This document shows positions 26,267 to 39,725 of a DNA stretch of 64,000 bases, piece after piece (positions within the stretch are counted from its first letter, which is position 1; every line of letters starts with the position of its first letter). The position numbers and the translations under genes are program-made. The DNA comes from Eledone cirrhosa. Lineage: Eukaryota. The notes beneath the pieces were generated by a model, which ran no database searches, was not told the DNA's origin, and saw nothing but the letters and a program-made list of their open reading frames with translations. The stretch is from assembly GCA_964016885.1 (NCBI GenBank), contig OZ024742.1, forward strand, positions 137,144,001 to 137,208,000. Direction: 5' to 3'.

Positions 26267-26274
<8 letters not shown>
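26107..26274 (+). mobile_element. Complete 161-nt monomer of family H1 (order B-A), terminally redundant, followed by (TA)n
   Basis: Begins and ends with TAAATAT (26107-26113 and 26268-26274). Hammerhead-like fold at 26200-26250. Confidence 0.75.
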
Positions 26275-26335
<61 letters not shown>

Positions 26336-26437
26336 CATACATGTATATATGAATACATATATATATATTTATATATTTGTGTGTATATATATACACACAC
26401 ATACATGTATATATGAATACATATATATATATTTATA

Positions 26438-26509
<72 letters not shown>

Positions 26510-26582
26510 GAGAGAGAGAGAGAGAGAGAGAGATAGTGAGAGAGAGTGAGAGAGAGAGAGTGAGAGAGAGTGAGAGAGAGAG

Positions 26583-26627
<45 letters not shown>

Positions 26628-26629
<2 letters not shown>

Positions 26630-26887
26630 AGGTTCCATCTACTATGCACCAACAGGAGAAGCGGAGGAAATCTACCAGTATTTCAGTAGGGTAGTTAAAA
26701 GCACCCAAAACCATCCAGTGATACTGGAATGTGATAATTTCAACTCCCATGTAAATGAATAGTACGCACTCTACCTCATTTTAAAAACAGACGCACAGAA
26801 AATGCAATCTTCTTTAAAACTTAAGTGAATGTAATTTCCGGATTACCAACAAAGCCTCAAAAAGAAAAATGAAAAAGCGTGGACATT
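26628..26887 (+). mobile_element. LINE APE-endonuclease fragment
   Basis: YAPTGEAEE and DNFNSHV-like motifs, degraded. Confidence 0.45.
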
Positions 26888-28200
26888 CATATATGATATG
26901 ACTAGCAGATATTCACAGAAGCCTATAGTTGTTTTGATTTCTTCTAAAAAACGGATCATTTTCCGGCTGGGTATGATTGAATATCATTTTCTTTATGACT
27001 TTCGCGACGACTGAAGAGATACCTAATCACGTCTAATTTCCTGTGTCACCAAGGTCGCTTGATTAAGGGAGAGGAATCGTCATTTTCTCAGGTTTCTAGC
27101 TGTCAATGATTAGTTTATTTGATTCACATCTTTTTGTTACATCTGCTTGTATATCGGCAGGACCAGCAATCGGCTTTTCTATCGCATAGACATTTCTTTG
27201 TTTTTAAAACTTCTGGCTTTATGAAAAGGTCATCGCTGATTCCCAAGTAATTCTAAATAGGCATGTGGTCCTTTTCTTCATCTTCATCAGGGACTTCTGA
27301 TCTCTTCACTAGTAATCGTTGAAGTATGCATACCAATGATTTTAGCATACTTTCTACAGGAAATTTCGTCTATAAAACTCCAGCATTGGCTATGTCTGTA
27401 TTTTGAGACAGGCTCATCTACTCTCTGATCTATTTGTTTAAGTTCTTTTTGTAATGTAGTTTAGAATTATGTTAGCTTCTCCTTATCTACTTGACGTTTG
27501 CTTCGATGTTCTGAGGTACGAATTGTCTGGTATGAGGATTAAGCATAATGAACGTTTTCTAGCTGCACCAATATGTTCACCATTAGCTGTCTATCTTTCT
27601 TATTCTTTAGGATAAGCATTATAGCAGTCTTGTTATTAGCTTTCACGAACTACTCATAATTTTCTGAATCATATTCCTCTAGAACTGACAATTTCTTTTA
27701 TATCTGTTGGACACCATGTAGAATTCTGTTCTGCAGATCTGAGAACACCAGTCATATTTGATTTCCCTTGGTTGATTTCTACCATGTATAGTATTTATTC
27801 GATATTAGTTGTTAGTATTCGATGGTTAGTTCTAAAACTATTAAGGTAATTATATGTCTTCACATCCAAAATAAAATGTATCCACTTCTATTTGATTAGA
27901 ATGTAGTCAAATTGAAATTTACTCCCATTCATATCCGAATGAGTTTTCTTCTCTTTAAATTACTGGTGAATACGTTGCATTCCTGTGCATGTATGTCCAC
28001 ATTTATTAGTGATTTCATGATATGCGTCTTTTGTAAGTTGTGCGTTAAAGTCTCCAAAATTTTCTACAGTACACGGTGGTTGATGATGTTATGCACGACA
28101 GTACAAAATCATTCGTAATGTTCTTCAGCTTCATCTCAGGAGCATCGTTGACAATTGTTGAGGTTAGTAGATTCTTACTAACTTCTATTTAGGGAATATT
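26888..28200 (-). mobile_element. Degraded LINE (RTE-like) endonuclease-linker fragment
   Basis: Fragmentary APE-like translation (NHRILTTNI, LILIK) with many stops. Confidence 0.45.
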
Positions 28201-29329
28201 GAGACACCCCCCGACACACACACAGTGTGTTTACAGTGAGAGACAGAGTTGAAATATTGATAGAAATATTGATAGAAAATGTGAGCAAATATGTCAAAGT
28301 TTTGTAATAAAGAAAATATGAAACAAATGTGTGGAAAGAGTTGTTAGTATGAGGGATGGGATTTAAAATTGGGTATGTACGTTAGTGTATGTGACTTAAG
28401 ACTGGTAAAGAGTAAATCGTTGAAAGCAATAAAGAGAGAAGAAAGGTTTGGATTAAAAATAAACGATATATTAAAGGTTGAAAAGGAAGGTATATATGAT
28501 AGAACGTAGGCTACGTAGGAAGAGTAGGTAACGAGAAAAAAAAATAAAGCGATAAACGAAACCTTATATTAGATAGTAGATAATAGCAATGCGAACATGA
28601 GTCTTTTGTAATAATATAATTATTATTATTATTATTATCAATATTATTATTATGATAGTAATAATAATAAAAATAATAATAAAGACAATCTTGTCACTTG
28701 TTCATTAGAACTGTTTTGAAGAACTTATTTGACAATCTTTATTGAATTTTGATAAATCTCCAAACATGTTTTCAACACTAAAAATTGTTGTTTTTTTCAT
28801 TTCTCGTACATCGAAATAAAAGGAAGCACCAGTAATTCAAATACTATTGTTAAGTCGGAAGATAACCCTAAACAATATAAGTAAAATATATCAACAAAAT
28901 TGCCCTTTCGGGTCCTGACTTAGTAACAAGGGATTGATCTTCAAGATTATGTTTGTTCCATTGTTCTGAGAGAAACTGAACTTGTATTCAATAATCGAAT
29001 CATAGATGTTTGTGTGAACAATGAAATTCTTGGCATTTGTTGATGCTATTGTTGTTACTATTGAGGATGGGGGCAATAATAATGGTATTAATGGTAATGA
29101 TAGTGTTGATTGTAATGATGGTGATGATGCCGAGTGCTTCTTTCAAAGTGTTCAACTGTTCTATAGTTATACCTATTCACAGTATGTTCTTGATTAATAA
29201 TAGAACATTTTTTTTTCAATTTAGTTTATTTTCATTTTAGTTTAATTTACTTATCTATATATTGATTCTTTATTTGATTCAAATCCTCATTTTCTTTCAT
29301 TTATTTTCAGACAATAAATATTAACTAGC

Positions 29330-30070
29330 CTGGCTAATGTTTCCCAGCAACTTTTCTTTTCCATATAATGATGCAAGCAAATTAGTTGCGAGATTTATGG
29401 AAAAAAGCCAGCGCTCCGGTCAAGATACCCGATGCTGTTTGGGAACAGAGTGTCTTAATCACGTGATGTCACTCGATATTTCTTTCACTACACATCATTT
29501 CTTTATTGCTATCTGGTTCAAATGACCTGCAAAGACTTGGTAATACTCTATGTACTTTTGCGCCAGCCACTGATCACATGTACTGCCTGGCTAAGTTCCA
29601 TGAATTCAAAAATATATCTTGCCTATTAATTATTGATTCTGTGAAATTCTCGATATAACCCAACCTCACTATCCTTGTCCATGATTCGTTATTTTTTTTT
29701 TTTTCATTTATCACCACTTCCCATTATAGTGTGAATTACAGAACCAAGTTGGGCAGGAGACAGAAATTGTCAAAGATTTTTCTTGCGAAATATACCTTAC
29801 TAATAATTGCTTTTAAATCACGTAAATCTACATTCTATCAATCCTGTAAAATAAGACTAGCTTCTGATTCATTCATAATGTACACAGTTTCAGTTTTGTA
29901 AATTCCAATTCCATTATAACAATATTTTAAGAAGTCATATTATTATTGTATTCCATGTGACTTCGTGTTGTCTATAAACAGGAATCTATAATATTTTCTG
30001 AATCTAAATATCGACGTTTGTTCTCTGCACCTATTACCGGTATATATTTCTCACCATACAATCTGAAAAC
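29330..30070 (-). mobile_element. Highly degraded RLE-type (R4/NeSL-like) non-LTR 3' fragment
   Basis: Fragmentary KW..NHGQ, DQWLAQKY, SG..LA...RN.FACIIIWK across frames. Confidence 0.35.
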
Positions 30071-30289
30071 ATTGTTTCGCTCTCTATGGTCTAAAATGTA
30101 GACTTCAGCTTACTACTTTAACTAGATAAATATGATTTCAGCCACAGCACCCATATTATTTCCAAAACACACTCAAACCCATACTCGTGCACACGCGCAT
30201 ATATGCGTGCGGACATACACAAACACATACTTACATACATATATATAAATATATATATATATATCTACTGAGATGTTCTGTTAGAAAAC

Positions 30290-32015
30290 GTGTTGCAGGT
30301 GGCTGATAGTGATGAAGCCCATATACATGATGGTTACTTGCGATATATGTGGCCTCCTACTGAACAAATAAGAACCCCGATCCAGAGTGCGTGAAACTAC
30401 CAGGGGAGATACAGCAATGGGTGAAAATGTCGGCTCCCAGGAAAACTTTGACAATTCACCGATGTCGTTAAGGGATGGCGAGTAGAGGTCGCCTCTAAAA
30501 AAATAATAATCTTCGCAAGTCTAATGAAATTATCAACTTTGTGGCTGAAGCAAATAAGTTGATAACATCTGCATTGTGATGAGATTCAATAAAAGCACTC
30601 ATACTGCCTCGTTCTGCGCGAAAGGTAGTAAAGCAGGCGTTCAAACGTTATGTAGAAATGCGTGTTCGATAATCATCATCGAACGCTGTAAAAATTGGTG
30701 ATGGACAGATAATCTGTCCTGGGAGACGTGGATTCACAAATGTTGACTATCTTAAAACATCATAGAGAAGTCAGAAGGGAGCAATCTTTAAAATTGGCAA
30801 CTGGAACCTTACCAATCTTACGGGTAAGGAACAGGAAACTAGAGAAGGAAGCTAGATGTTACCAATAGATATAGACGGGGTTTATTTAACAAAGTTCCGT
30901 GGCGCTGGTATCGTAGATGTGGTTGGAGGATAGAAACTGCACTATTCAGGTGTGGTGGCAGAAAGTATATTATGGACTGGATCACATTGGAAGGGAAGTT
31001 TTGCCACATAAGACATTGGCTGAATGAGAGTTATATGCAAGTTTATGCACCAAACAGGGAGACGGAATATAGATCCTTCCTTGATGAAGCCTCTGCAACC
31101 TTAGATGTACCTAAGACTCAGTAATATATGCTAATGGGGGATCTCAATAGAAATGCTATCATTGACCACCTGACATGGTAAGGCGTGATTGGAAGAAATG
31201 ATGAACCCTATCTAAATATAAACTGAAAGGCCTTATCAGATTTCTGTTTTATTAATGAGCTCTCTATTATGGACAACATCTTTCGACACGAATACACCAA
31301 TAAAAATAATATACATGGCATAAGTGAAATCGGGGACAGATCAGTAGTTGAATTTCATTTTTGCTTCTGGTGTCTTCTGTTCTGTGCAGGCTATTCTGGC
31401 TAAGAGAGGGGCTGAGCTGTCAACTGCTCAGCATATAGTTATCTATAACGTGAGACTACATAAATTAAGACTTTCCACAAAACTGGTAAATCCAACTCAA
31501 ACCAATAGAAAAAGTGGGAAGCACTGGCTAATGTGGATGTCAGGACCAAGTATGCAGTTATCATTGCATTAAATTTCAAAGAACTCCCTGATCAAACTGA
31601 GTACGTTGAAACAGAGAGGAGACTGCTCATCACGGCAGTTTCTGCTTCAACCATTAAAGATGCCATCCGAGAAAAGCAGAAGGCTTACAAATCTAGGTTT
31701 GGAAATGAGTTTTCCTTCTTGCAATTGCAATACAAGCAGATGCGAATCGTTGCAGCGAAGAAAGTAAAGGTATCCAAGGTTAAGACATGGGAAGATTTTG
31801 CAATTAAGCTGGAATCCGACTTTAGATTAGCAAATAAATTATTTTGACAACCATCCACTGAGTTCGTAATAACACGTTCCCCCTCCCCGCCTGATATCAA
31901 GATCTCTACTGCGGTCTTCTCAAGTTAGGTATATCCTCGCGAGGTGGCTTGAATACTTAGCTGATCTCCTAAATCCGGTCACAACAACATCTTATGTACA
32001 TGAGGTGCCTGCATA
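30290..32015 (+). mobile_element. 5' part of an RTE-clade LINE (5' UTR, APE, linker), degraded
   Basis: KIGNWNLTNLTGKEQE, KLHYSGV, QVYAPNRETEY, LMGDLN, WEDFAIKLESDFRLANKLF. Confidence 0.8.
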
Positions 32016-32804
32016 GATGAAGCACGCATATTCACATACTTACACACGCATTAATTCAACAGTGCTGTTAAATTAATCTGTGCTAGTGGTGCCAATACAT
32101 ATATTTAAGTACATTTGTGTGAGAAATTTATTACAGTATGTTTTACAATTATCCTGCCAATAACATAAGAGGAATCAGCCAGGACTTTACTGTTTTTGTA
32201 TGGTATTGCATCACCTCACCTAAAACATGTCTTAATAGTTGGCCCTTGATAAGTTCCTGAAATGTGTAAGACAATCTGTTAAACTAAAAAAGCTGAATAT
32301 CAGATTTTTGTTGATTATATAATCACCAGTTATACAGATCTAATATCAGATTGCTAAAACAAACAACTGTTGTTTAAAATGTGTGCAATGGCAGTCAAAC
32401 AGTATACAAGTTAAAAGAAGCAATTATACAAACAAGCTATGGAACAATACAAGAAGTAAAACCTAGATTTAAAATATCACCCCTTTCCCCTGCTACTTTA
32501 ATACTATGCTATTTAGCTGTCCGTCTCACTTTACAGTTTATTATTTGATAACTTAATTGGCTCTCACTTGTATCTTTATATATAGCTTTCTAAAATATTT
32601 CCTTTTATGGAAATCAATACATAGAAAAATAAAGAGAAAAGAGCAATACAAGAGAATTCAACAAGGCGAATCATTTTTTTCCACTCATTTTAATTAACTC
32701 AAATTTTAAAGTTAATTTGATTCCGCCATTTTTTCGGTCAAAATAATAAACATTCTTCCATGTAAGTGCAATGCAATTTGTTTTTATGCATTTTTTAAAA
32801 GTCA

Positions 32805-33060
32805 ACACCACTACTACAACCAACATTACCAATAACATCCCAAGCACCATTACAAGCACAACCTGGACCACTAGCACCACTCCCATCTCCAAAAATCATT
32901 ACCATAACCAACACTTTGACCGCATACTCAACCATTATTAACAGCAACAACACAACCACAACCACCACCACCACCACCACCAACGCCACATCAACCACCG
33001 ACACCATCACTTCCATCATCATCAACGACGCTGCTATTATTATTATCATTAATATTATTA
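32805..33060. repeat. Degenerate (ACC/ATC)n trinucleotide array
   Basis: Direct reading. Confidence 0.85.
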
Positions 33061-33067
33061 ATTCCAA

Positions 33068-33258
33068 GCGTTGGACACCATGCTTTGCATCATAGTGCTA
33101 TAGCCCTTTACGTTCTGAGTTCAAATCCCGCCGAGGTTAGCTTTGCTTTTCATCGTTACGGGGTCAATAAAATAAAGCACCAGTAATGCACTTGACTCGA
33201 TATAATCGACGTTCCTCTCCACCAAATTGCTGGCATTGTGTCTATAGTAGAAATCATC
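33068..33258 (+). mobile_element. SINE S1
   Basis: B box gagttcaaatcccgccgagg and central domain. Confidence 0.85.
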
Positions 33259-33484
33259 ATGTATATAGTCATTGTTATTATTACTGTTGCTGTTAATTTT
33301 CACCAAAATGTTGACATACATTGTGATTTGAAGTTATCACAAATTCGAAACAATAGATATAGTTTCATGGATAAATATGTTCCAATAACCACAGAGATCA
33401 GCACATAGGACAAATTATTTCAATGCAATTTTACATTTAACATATAGTTATCCAAATTGGGTAATGTATTTAAGTGTGTATATA

Positions 33485-34383
33485 GGAGGTGGGTCAGAAA
33501 AGTTCCAGGACTGATGCCATAAAAGATTTATTTCAAACCCAAACTTTACACTAAGAGTGTTCTACTTCAAAGTAATCCCGCTGGAGTATGTAACTGTAAT
33601 CTTAGCTCTCTGCAGCGATCAACATTTTTTCTTCATAATTGTATATACATGTCCCCTGTTTCAGGTCGTCAAGCAATGAGCAAAGAGCAACGAACAAACT
33701 TGAAAACTCCGTCAGAAGCACTGGGATTGCTGCAGAAAGTGTATGGAGATGAGACGATATCACGCTCACGTGTTTGTTTTTGAGTGGTGCAAGAGGTTGA
33801 AAGAAGGACGCGAGGACGTGGAAGATGACTCGAGGAGGGGAAGGCCCTCAACAACCAGGACTGGGGTCAACGTTGAGCGCGTCAGGCAGATGGTGCGTAG
33901 CGATCGTCGGCTGATTGTTCGACTGATGGCAAATGAGCTGGGCATGTATCGGGACAGCGTCTGGATGATTTTCACTGAAGATTTGGACATGCGGAAAGTC
34001 TGCGCGAAGATGGTGCCAAAACTGCTGAACGATGACCAGAAGGGTCGACGCATTCAAGTGTGCCAGGACATCCTCGAGCGTCTTGAAACCGAACCAGACT
34101 TGCTAGGGACAGTCGTCACCGGTGATGTGTCATGGATCGTCGAGTACGACCCGGAGGGGACCCGTTTTGAAGACGAGGACGACATCAAAAAGGCCATTAC
34201 GACGGAACTGCAGAGGATCCGAAAGAATCCTCCCAGGAGTGCATGCAAGCGTGGCAGAAAAGGATGGAAAAGTGCATTAGACTCCAGGGGGATTACTTTG
34301 AAGGAGAAAACTCTTAGTGTGAACTTTGGGATTGAAATAAATCTTTTGTGACAGCAGTCCTGGAATTGTTCTGACCCACCTCG
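33485..34383 (+). mobile_element. Internally deleted mariner transposon with ~105-bp TIRs and TA target site
   Basis: TIRs gaggtgggtcagaa...ctggagt and actccag...ctgacccacctcg. Transposase remnant EQRTNLK, VFEWCKRLKEGREDVEDDSRRGRPST, KVCAKMVPKLL, VVTGDVSWIVEYDPE; most of the catalytic domain is deleted. Confidence 0.93.
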
Positions 34384-34403
34384 TATATATATATATGAAA
34401 ATG

Positions 34404-34492
<89 letters not shown>

Positions 34493-34569
34493 GTGCGTTC
34501 GTGTATGTGTCTGTGTGTGTGTGTGTCTGTGTGTGTCTGTCTGTCTGTGTGTGTGTGTGTCTGTGTGAT

Positions 34570-35700
34570 AAAGCCCAAACCCTCCATTTACATATGCGAT
34601 CCAACAGAGTTATAGAAACACATACATCACTTTATCCACTACATGCAGTTCTCTGGTTATCACCAATGATTCAGGACCTGGGTGTATAAAATAACTATGG
34701 CTAAATTCAAAACCATTTTGGAGAATGATGAGTGGAATTTGCCCACAATACAGGAACAAATCGTGGAATAGCATAAAAAGGACTAAGATAAAGATAGAGA
34801 AGGAGAACTCATGGTATAACAGCCAAAATATCAGAGTGTCATGTTCATCGATGCTATCCTTACTAGGAAACTAGTGTGTTGTTTTAGAAAAGTTTTAGAA
34901 CAAATGAACCTCAGGATTAAAGTAGTAGACAAACCGGGAGCTACCATAAATCCTATGATGAGTATGACAAACTCTCTATAATGATAGAAAATATATATTT
35001 TGTAAGTTAAGCCCACAGATAAAATGTAAAGCTAGAAATGTAGTCAAAAGAATAAGATGTAAAGAGGATGATGCAGTAACTAGACGATGTCATATATAGG
35101 AGAGACAGCCCGTAGTGTAGGAGGGATTAAAGCAACACTGGCGAGAACTTAAGGGGGTGAAAAGCTCATCAGTGCCATATCACCATGCAAAATTAGAACA
35201 CGAGTGCTCAATAGATAACATAGAAATAAAAATAATGTCCACACATTGAATTGATGCAACATTCAGACAAATTACGGAGGCTACATTCATAATAGAAAAT
35301 TGTTCTAGCCTGAACAGAAAGCACGCGTGGAATAGTAACAGACCGCAACTTAATGACTGGAGACAGAATAAAGACACACAGAGCAAAACAGCAAACAATT
35401 CATATCCACACACACATATAAAACACACGAAGATATGACAAACACATACACACAGAGAGACGCACGCACAAATGCATGCGCAGACGCGAAACATAAAAGC
35501 GTACCACAAAACACACAAAGTCGAGGCTGATTAGAAGTTTAAGACTAAGAAAAAGAGGAGGCACAAAAGAGATAACAATTGCTGAGATCATCGAATGTGT
35601 GACAAAAGAAGTTTGGTAAACAAATTAATAACGAACAATAAAGTTAAAGTGTTTCTTTCTATTGGTAATATTGGCAACCTGACGAACTATTCTCAAATAT
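34570..35700 (+). mobile_element. Second PLE fragment (linker and GIY-YIG endonuclease), degraded, flanked by microsatellites
   Basis: YQSVMFID...IKVVDKPG, CKARNVV..IRC, YIGETARS, HHAKLEH, FRQITEATFI...LNRKHAW across frames. Confidence 0.75.
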
Positions 35701-35720
35701 AACAATACACACACACACCA

Positions 35721-35778
<58 letters not shown>

Positions 35779-36501
35779 TCGTGAGAAGAGTCAGCAAAAG
35801 CAAAGATAACGTTGTTATAAAGGAACAAAAACAACAGATTATTTTCATTAGCTGCTGTAAAACGTCAACAAATCGAAAAATAACATTGCAACCTATATTT
35901 TTCAGTAGGGGCTTTCAAGTATATTCAGAATTCGTGACCTGCTCTCATGTCATAAAAATATTTAGGTAGTATGTTTAAAACAAAAGTGAAGAAACATACA
36001 GTTGAAGGTGCAACGAAACAGAACTTTATGTTGTAAACAAAAAGATAAATACAAAATTAAAACTAGAAAAAATTCAGAAGTAATACAAAATGTAAAATTT
36101 AAGATAAATAAATATACATTCCATTCATGCTTATATTGGTATTTCAGTCGGTTGATTTGAAGACATCATGATGAGAAAGATGGGAATTTCTTCGTGGGGG
36201 AAAAACTTATGATTGCACGCATTCTTGTAAGTACCGAAAACCAACAAACACAACGTTCATTGGCGTGTCAACTTGAAATTATTTGATGGGTATAAAGAAG
36301 TGTTATATGTACGTAAACATATAAAACAACCAGTTATACATACACGCACACATAAGAAAAACGTGCTCACACACATATGTATATATATACACACACACAT
36401 ACACACACACACACACACACACATATATATTAAAAAATATATATATATATTATTGAAGGACTATTAAATATATATGTAAATGTATATACACGAAAATGTA
36501 C

Positions 36502-36563
<62 letters not shown>

Positions 36564-37089
36564 ATTTTCGTGTCTGTGTGTGCGCGTATATATACATTTA
36601 CATATATATTTAATAGTCCTTCAATAAATTTTTCCACAATATAACTACCGCTTTGTGTATCTAATCGACACTTGTAAATGGTTATCTATTCGTTTTAGGA
36701 TATTGTATTCAAGATATATTTATGATTATGTTAATCCATTTTGAATAAGTAAGATATCAATTGAATGGGAAGTGGTTGCTAATTCTAACAGGTTAGTGAA
36801 GCTTTGACATTTTTCTTATTTATTGAGTTATAAGCATTTCGACTTGTTTAAATTCCTTCTAATTAAGCGATATTTCAAATTATATCTTACAAAATATTAT
36901 TAAATTTAGTTTGATGTAGCTAATAGCTTTTAGCTAATAGCTAATAGCTTTAGTCAGTAAAATGTGTGCTTGCGCCATACAATAATCTTTTCATGTATTA
37001 ATACATTGATCTAAATTGACCATATGTATGGAAATGTATTCACCTTTTCTTGAGTGTGATTGTTTAATATTTACATGTATGTTTGTCCT

Positions 37090-38580
37090 TTATATTGATA
37101 AAGATCCGCCGGCAAGAGTACCAAACACAATATTTTAACAACACGCACAGCATATTTTACAGAATAATTACCATTACAAACAACAAAACCTTAGCCGTAT
37201 TCCAAAACTAATCAAAGGCGTTCGTAAGTAATTTCACACACATCAGCTACTAAACACTGAACAAAAGACAGTAACACAAAACTTGCCTATCACCAGAAAG
37301 GCAAAACCAAATGCGAAAGCTGCAAATCCTTAGATCCTGAAATAATTGAAAAAACATACACATAGAGCATAATAATATTATTTCCACTCAACAATATATA
37401 AAGCAACTGGTAGAACCACTATCTAAAGAAACCGAGAACTTGGTGGAATTATAACAATTCGAAAGCAAAACAAAATCCTATCGCCCATGCATTTAATGAA
37501 AACGCATTCACACATTCTCTGCAATTCATAACACGAATTCAGATCACCAAACAAACATGAGCTTGAAGGCTTGAAACATAGTTACAATTAATAAATGAAA
37601 AAAAAACAAATATACCTTTCTAACTATCAATGGCATCAATAACATATTTGATTTTATTCTCACTATTCATCTCTATCCGTAATCCTCAACAGCAGCATAA
37701 GAAACAACACAAAATGTTGACTAACGAACTCCTCCGTTCCTAAGTCACCAATTGCTTTCAGTAATACAAAAAAAAAAAAAAGACTTTAGTTATTCTCATG
37801 AAAGAACGCCCTATCATACATTATTTTCATTCATGATTACATGACTTTTAATCTTCTCTTCAAATTACTCACACAAATCCATAGTCGGATGGCATCCCAT
37901 TCTCATCAGTCAAACATTCTCCAGACACCACTGACTTCTCCCATCCTACGTTAATCACCTGCATGATTTCAAAATATACAGAGTATAAAATAGAGTACTT
38001 CTCCATGCTCCAGCAAAGTAACTTTAATCAGGCCATTTGATCTACTAGAAAGTAATAACAACAAACAAAATATCCCCTAATCATTTGTCTTTTTAAAATG
38101 GGGTTTGGCAGTGTTTGATCGGATGAACAGGAAATCCAGAGAACATGACATTAAGTAGAATTAACCATTTCAAACAACAGCATAGAAACACCACATAACA
38201 TTACATAATTCACTAATAGATATACATAACACACGTACGAAGTTAGAAACAAAGACATGACAAAGAAGGATGAAAGAGGCCAACAATCACATCCAAGCAT
38301 AATATGACACAGAAATCCTGGCTAGCATAATAAACAAATATCTATAAGATTTAAAAACCAAGCATGGATTACGTCAGATCTGTCTCAATGTCCACACTGT
38401 ATGTAACTGCATGAACTACAAGCACTGACACATCCTACATAGCCCAGCTACGCACACAAAAAAGCATGGAATTGCTGCATCAGGAATATCCTCAGTTTCC
38501 ACCCACATTGTGCCTGAATGCACTCCACCATTAGTTAATACAGTGGAACAAAAGATCTCACTCTCTGACAGTGTCAGGGC
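37090..38580 (+). mobile_element. Highly degraded LINE-like sequence
   Basis: A/C-rich strand bias; DGIP-like and WI...QCPHC remnants. Confidence 0.3.
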
Positions 38581-38852
38581 AGCGTACATCCGCTTTGGAT
38601 TTACCATAATGTATAGACATAGAGAAACAGACTAAACCTACACTGGAAAGTATTATTCATTATATTCAGAATATAACACTGCCCATTATACAATACATAA
38701 CTGCATGTACATGTAAGTCCCTCCTTCACTCTCTCTCTCTCTCTCTTTCTCAATATATATACACACACATACACACACATACACACACACATATATATAT
38801 ATATGTGTGTGTGTGTGACAGAGAGAGTGTGTGTGTGTATGTGTATATATGT

Positions 38853-38925
38853 GAAGGCGTATGGGATAGTAGTTAGAGCATTGGGCTTGCAATCAAAAGG
38901 TTGTGTGTTCGATTCTCACAGCCAA
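38853..38925 (+). mobile_element. tRNA-derived SINE head
   Basis: A-box-like tagtagttagagc and B-box-like tgttcgattctc. Confidence 0.45.
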
Positions 38926-39469
38926 CTTTTTACCGTCTCAAGTCTTTATATGAGCAACGTTTTAGACTATTTATTGTAGTACCTGACGATAAGCTACGAT
39001 ACTTTCAAAATTCAAATTTTCTCAAGGCTTTGTGAAAAAATTGATTCATTATAAATCGAATTATAAATATAATTTGTTTTCAATTAGAAGATACATTAAA
39101 AACCAACCGCTGCTGAAAAGAAAAAAACCCTGAAATGCTTGTAATCAGCTTAAGTAAATATTTAAGCGGATTTATTCTGAAAACAGCAGGGTTTCTGTTG
39201 TATGTAATTGACACTAAGCAATCAAGTATGGCTATATATATAGTTAAAATATTGACTTATATACCTCAATATATCGCAGTAAGTGATCGTTTTGGAAATT
39301 AATAAAAACCCTTAAATACATGCATACAGCAACCTTTTACTCGTGTTTATTATACATAAACGTATTGTATATGGACGCCTTAATTCCGGACCCTCCTGTG
39401 TTACTGTTATCAACATATATACATATAGCTGCATTTTACATACTTAGATGCATGTAAATATTTGTAACG

Positions 39470-39725
39470 AATGACCAAGGGATTTGCAGTTAGAAAGTTC
39501 CCATCCACGACACAAGTCCGGGCAAGGTTGTTTGTGGAAGACCGTACTGTTCATTCCTTCCTACGCCACCGATGCTGTCTAAGAGAAAGGGAAAGGCCAA
39601 TACAGCTTGGCACTAGTGACATCGCAATTCATTTCTACAGCTCAGGGAACAAGAGAAACGAGTGTCATGCTCAAGGACATAACGCATAACCTCGTCCGCG
39701 AATCGAACATGCAAACACACTATCA
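39470..39725 (-). mobile_element. SINE of another family
   Basis: tgctcaaggacataacgca...gcgaatcgaac (reverse B box). Confidence 0.5.

Noticed and set aside
28690-29076. Short minus-strand ORF, possibly a host exon or a Crypton-like remnant
   Set aside because: No recognisable motif, stops in the continuing frames, no clear splice sites
38853-38925. tRNA gene
   Set aside because: Has A/B-box-like sequence but no acceptor-stem pairing; better explained as a SINE head
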